64,000 nucleotides of DNA, taken from NCBI RefSeq assembly GCF_000143415.4, contig NW_003314313.1, forward strand, positions 204,418 to 268,417. Reading direction: 5' to 3'. Positions 62,356 through 64,000 of the stretch are shown here, piece by piece (the stretch's first letter is position 1; the number at the start of each line of letters is the position of its first letter). The notes below the pieces were generated by a model. The model did not search any database. It was not told where the DNA came from and was given only the letters and a program-made list of their open reading frames with translations. The DNA comes from Selaginella moellendorffii. Taxonomy: Eukaryota > Plantae > Lycopodiophyta. The position numbers and the translations under genes are program-made.

Positions 62356-63123
62356 CTAAGAAGTAGTATTGGAAGTAAGCGCGGAGATTGCTTGCGCAAA
62401 CACCTTGAAACTTCGACTGCTCATACCTTGGGCTTGTGCTACAGCGATCTCACCCCCGACCACCTCGGCCCGCTCGCAAAACTGGGCCTTTCCACTCCTC
62501 CGGTGGCACTCCATCAGCAGCTTCTTGGTGGTGTTCATCGCATACTCCCAGCAATTCTTGTCGTGATGGCTGTACTGCGGGTCATGATTCTCCAGAATCC
62601 TCATGAGCTCGTGCAGTTCCAGCGGCGTATCCTCACAATCGAAATTCAGCAGCTTGGCATTGGTATACTCGCCTAGACTGCGAACGAGGGTGATATTGAT
62701 CCCGCATTCTTCGCCAGGGCCACACTTCTCGGCAAGGAAGAATTGCTCCACGCCCCCGACGACCAGCACAATCACCAGGAAGTCGTGGTTGATGATCGAC
62801 TTTGGATTGATGCAGTTAGTGGCGAGGGCGGCTGTTGCTTCGATGGCGCCCTGCAAGCCCTTGGTCAAGCTCCTGGTGAAGCCGTTTGTGAGGCCGGATT
62901 GGCAGTAGACGATGGCACGGAGGAGCGAGGGGCTGGATCGCTCAAGAGCGACGAAATCAAGGAGATCCTTGGGCTTGAGATGGTTTCTGATTTCGCCTGG
63001 AATTATGGCTGACGAGGAGACCACTCCAAAGCTGTGGAGCAGCGTTTTGCTGCCATCGTACAAGCCCTGCGCAACATGAGTTGATGTAGAGCTCTTGGCC
63101 ACCGACTTGGAGATTTTCGACAT
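62356..63123 (-). CDS. Orphan ORF copy 3 (255 aa, longest; CGA where the other copies have TGA)
   Basis: Reads through for 19 more codons than copies 1 and 2. Confidence 0.6.
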   Translation of the reverse strand: MSKISKSVAKSSTSTHVAQGLYDGSKTLLHSFGVVSSSAIIPGEIRNHLKPKDLLDFVALERSSPSLLRAIVYCQSGLTNGFTRSLTKGLQGAIEATAALATNCINPKSIINHDFLVIVLVVGGVEQFFLAEKCGPGEECGINITLVRSLGEYTNAKLLNFDCEDTPLELHELMRILENHDPQYSHHDKNCWEYAMNTTKKLLMECHRRSGKAQFCERAEVVGGEIAVAQAQGMSSRSFKVFAQAISALTSNTTS

Positions 63124-64000
63124 TGTTGGAGATGGAGAAACAAAGCTCAGGAGCTCTCCTGGGAAGAAGAACGCGTTTTTCTAGGCGGCAGCCCACACTC
63201 CGGATGAGCTCACCGGCGGGTAGAGCCCAGGGAGTGGGGTCGGCGGGAGACTCGACGTGCTGACTCTCCTTCGGCGCTCCGTCGTTCCCCGCCCTCCGAC
63301 CGGCGGGTGCGGTCGACACCGTCTGTGGGGCTCGGCACCCCGAAAACCCACCACCGTCGTGCTATTGGCCACTGCTTCCAAGGGATTGGGAAGAAGAACG
63401 CGTTTCTAGGCGGCAAGCGCCAGGAAGCATCGTTTGATGCTAGAAGGTTCCTCTAGCTAAAACACATTGCTATTTGTCATGACCGCAAATATATAATTTC
63501 TCTTTCTCTAGCAAGTACACATGGATCCCCTCGTGCACAAGAGGCGCATCAGGAGCATGACTAGACCTGACTAGACTCTGGACTCGAGACTCTAGACTCT
63601 AGACCGCATACATGTCTAGAGTATGCTAAAGTTTCTTCGAGTTCTTTATGACTGCTGACTGTCTGTGAAGGTGATTGATGAGACCCTGAGACTGATTAAC
63701 ATTTCCCCGTTTGTCTTTCGGAGAGTTCTTAGCGACGTGCAGCTAAACGGTGAGTAAACTTCTAGAGAGCTTTTGAAAAGGATATATGCTTAACCAACGA
63801 ATTCAAGATGGCGTTTGCCCTTCAGATTTAAATTTTTGGTACCGTACATTCTTGGCGATTCTAAAAATATACTCTAAATGTGTAGCTTTTGTCGCTTTGA
63901 GGGATACTTTGCAGCTAAAATCCGTGCCAGTGGGCCTTCCACTACGACCTGGAACGCACGTTATCAAGTGAGAATTTCTTTTTCTTCTCTTCTGGAATGG

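Larger units (their letters stand above)
56816..64000. repeat. Palindrome II: arms 56816-59311 and 61509-64000 (runs off the window) with a ~2.2-kb spacer
   Basis: Near-perfect reverse complement that includes the CYP88 and P5-ATPase fragments. Confidence 0.93.

Overview
Eukaryotic land-plant genomic DNA. Very short (~50-70 nt) GT-AG introns, dense genes and two miR156 hairpins suggest the lycophyte Selaginella; this is an inference. The left half (1-29.8 kb) is gene-dense: a Nudix hydrolase, a YbhB/YbcL-type PEBP, two tandem MIR156 hairpins with a GTAC-rich (SPL-site) spacer, RPC11, a fibrillin, a P5-type ATPase, an SDR-MDR fusion oxidoreductase, a CYP88/KAO-like P450 and a 5'-truncated aldo-keto reductase. 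Among them are two families of unknown intronless genes: three small proteins (two with an MG..C N-terminus) and three coiled-coil + 3-TM proteins. The right half (29.8-64 kb) replaces the 5' part of the AKR gene. It holds two degenerate Helitrons, a chromovirus-type Ty3/gypsy element (with a nested unrelated gypsy element, an N-gap and an inverted LTR) and finally a triplicated, alternately inverted mosaic. The mosaic forms two overlapping 2.4-2.5 kb palindromes built from an LTR end, a Helitron tail, an orphan ORF with a permuted papain-like H...Y-x5-NC motif, and pieces copied from neighbouring genes 30-45 kb away (P5-ATPase, CYP88, TM-gene promoter). Exon and junction coordinates were read by eye and are approximate.
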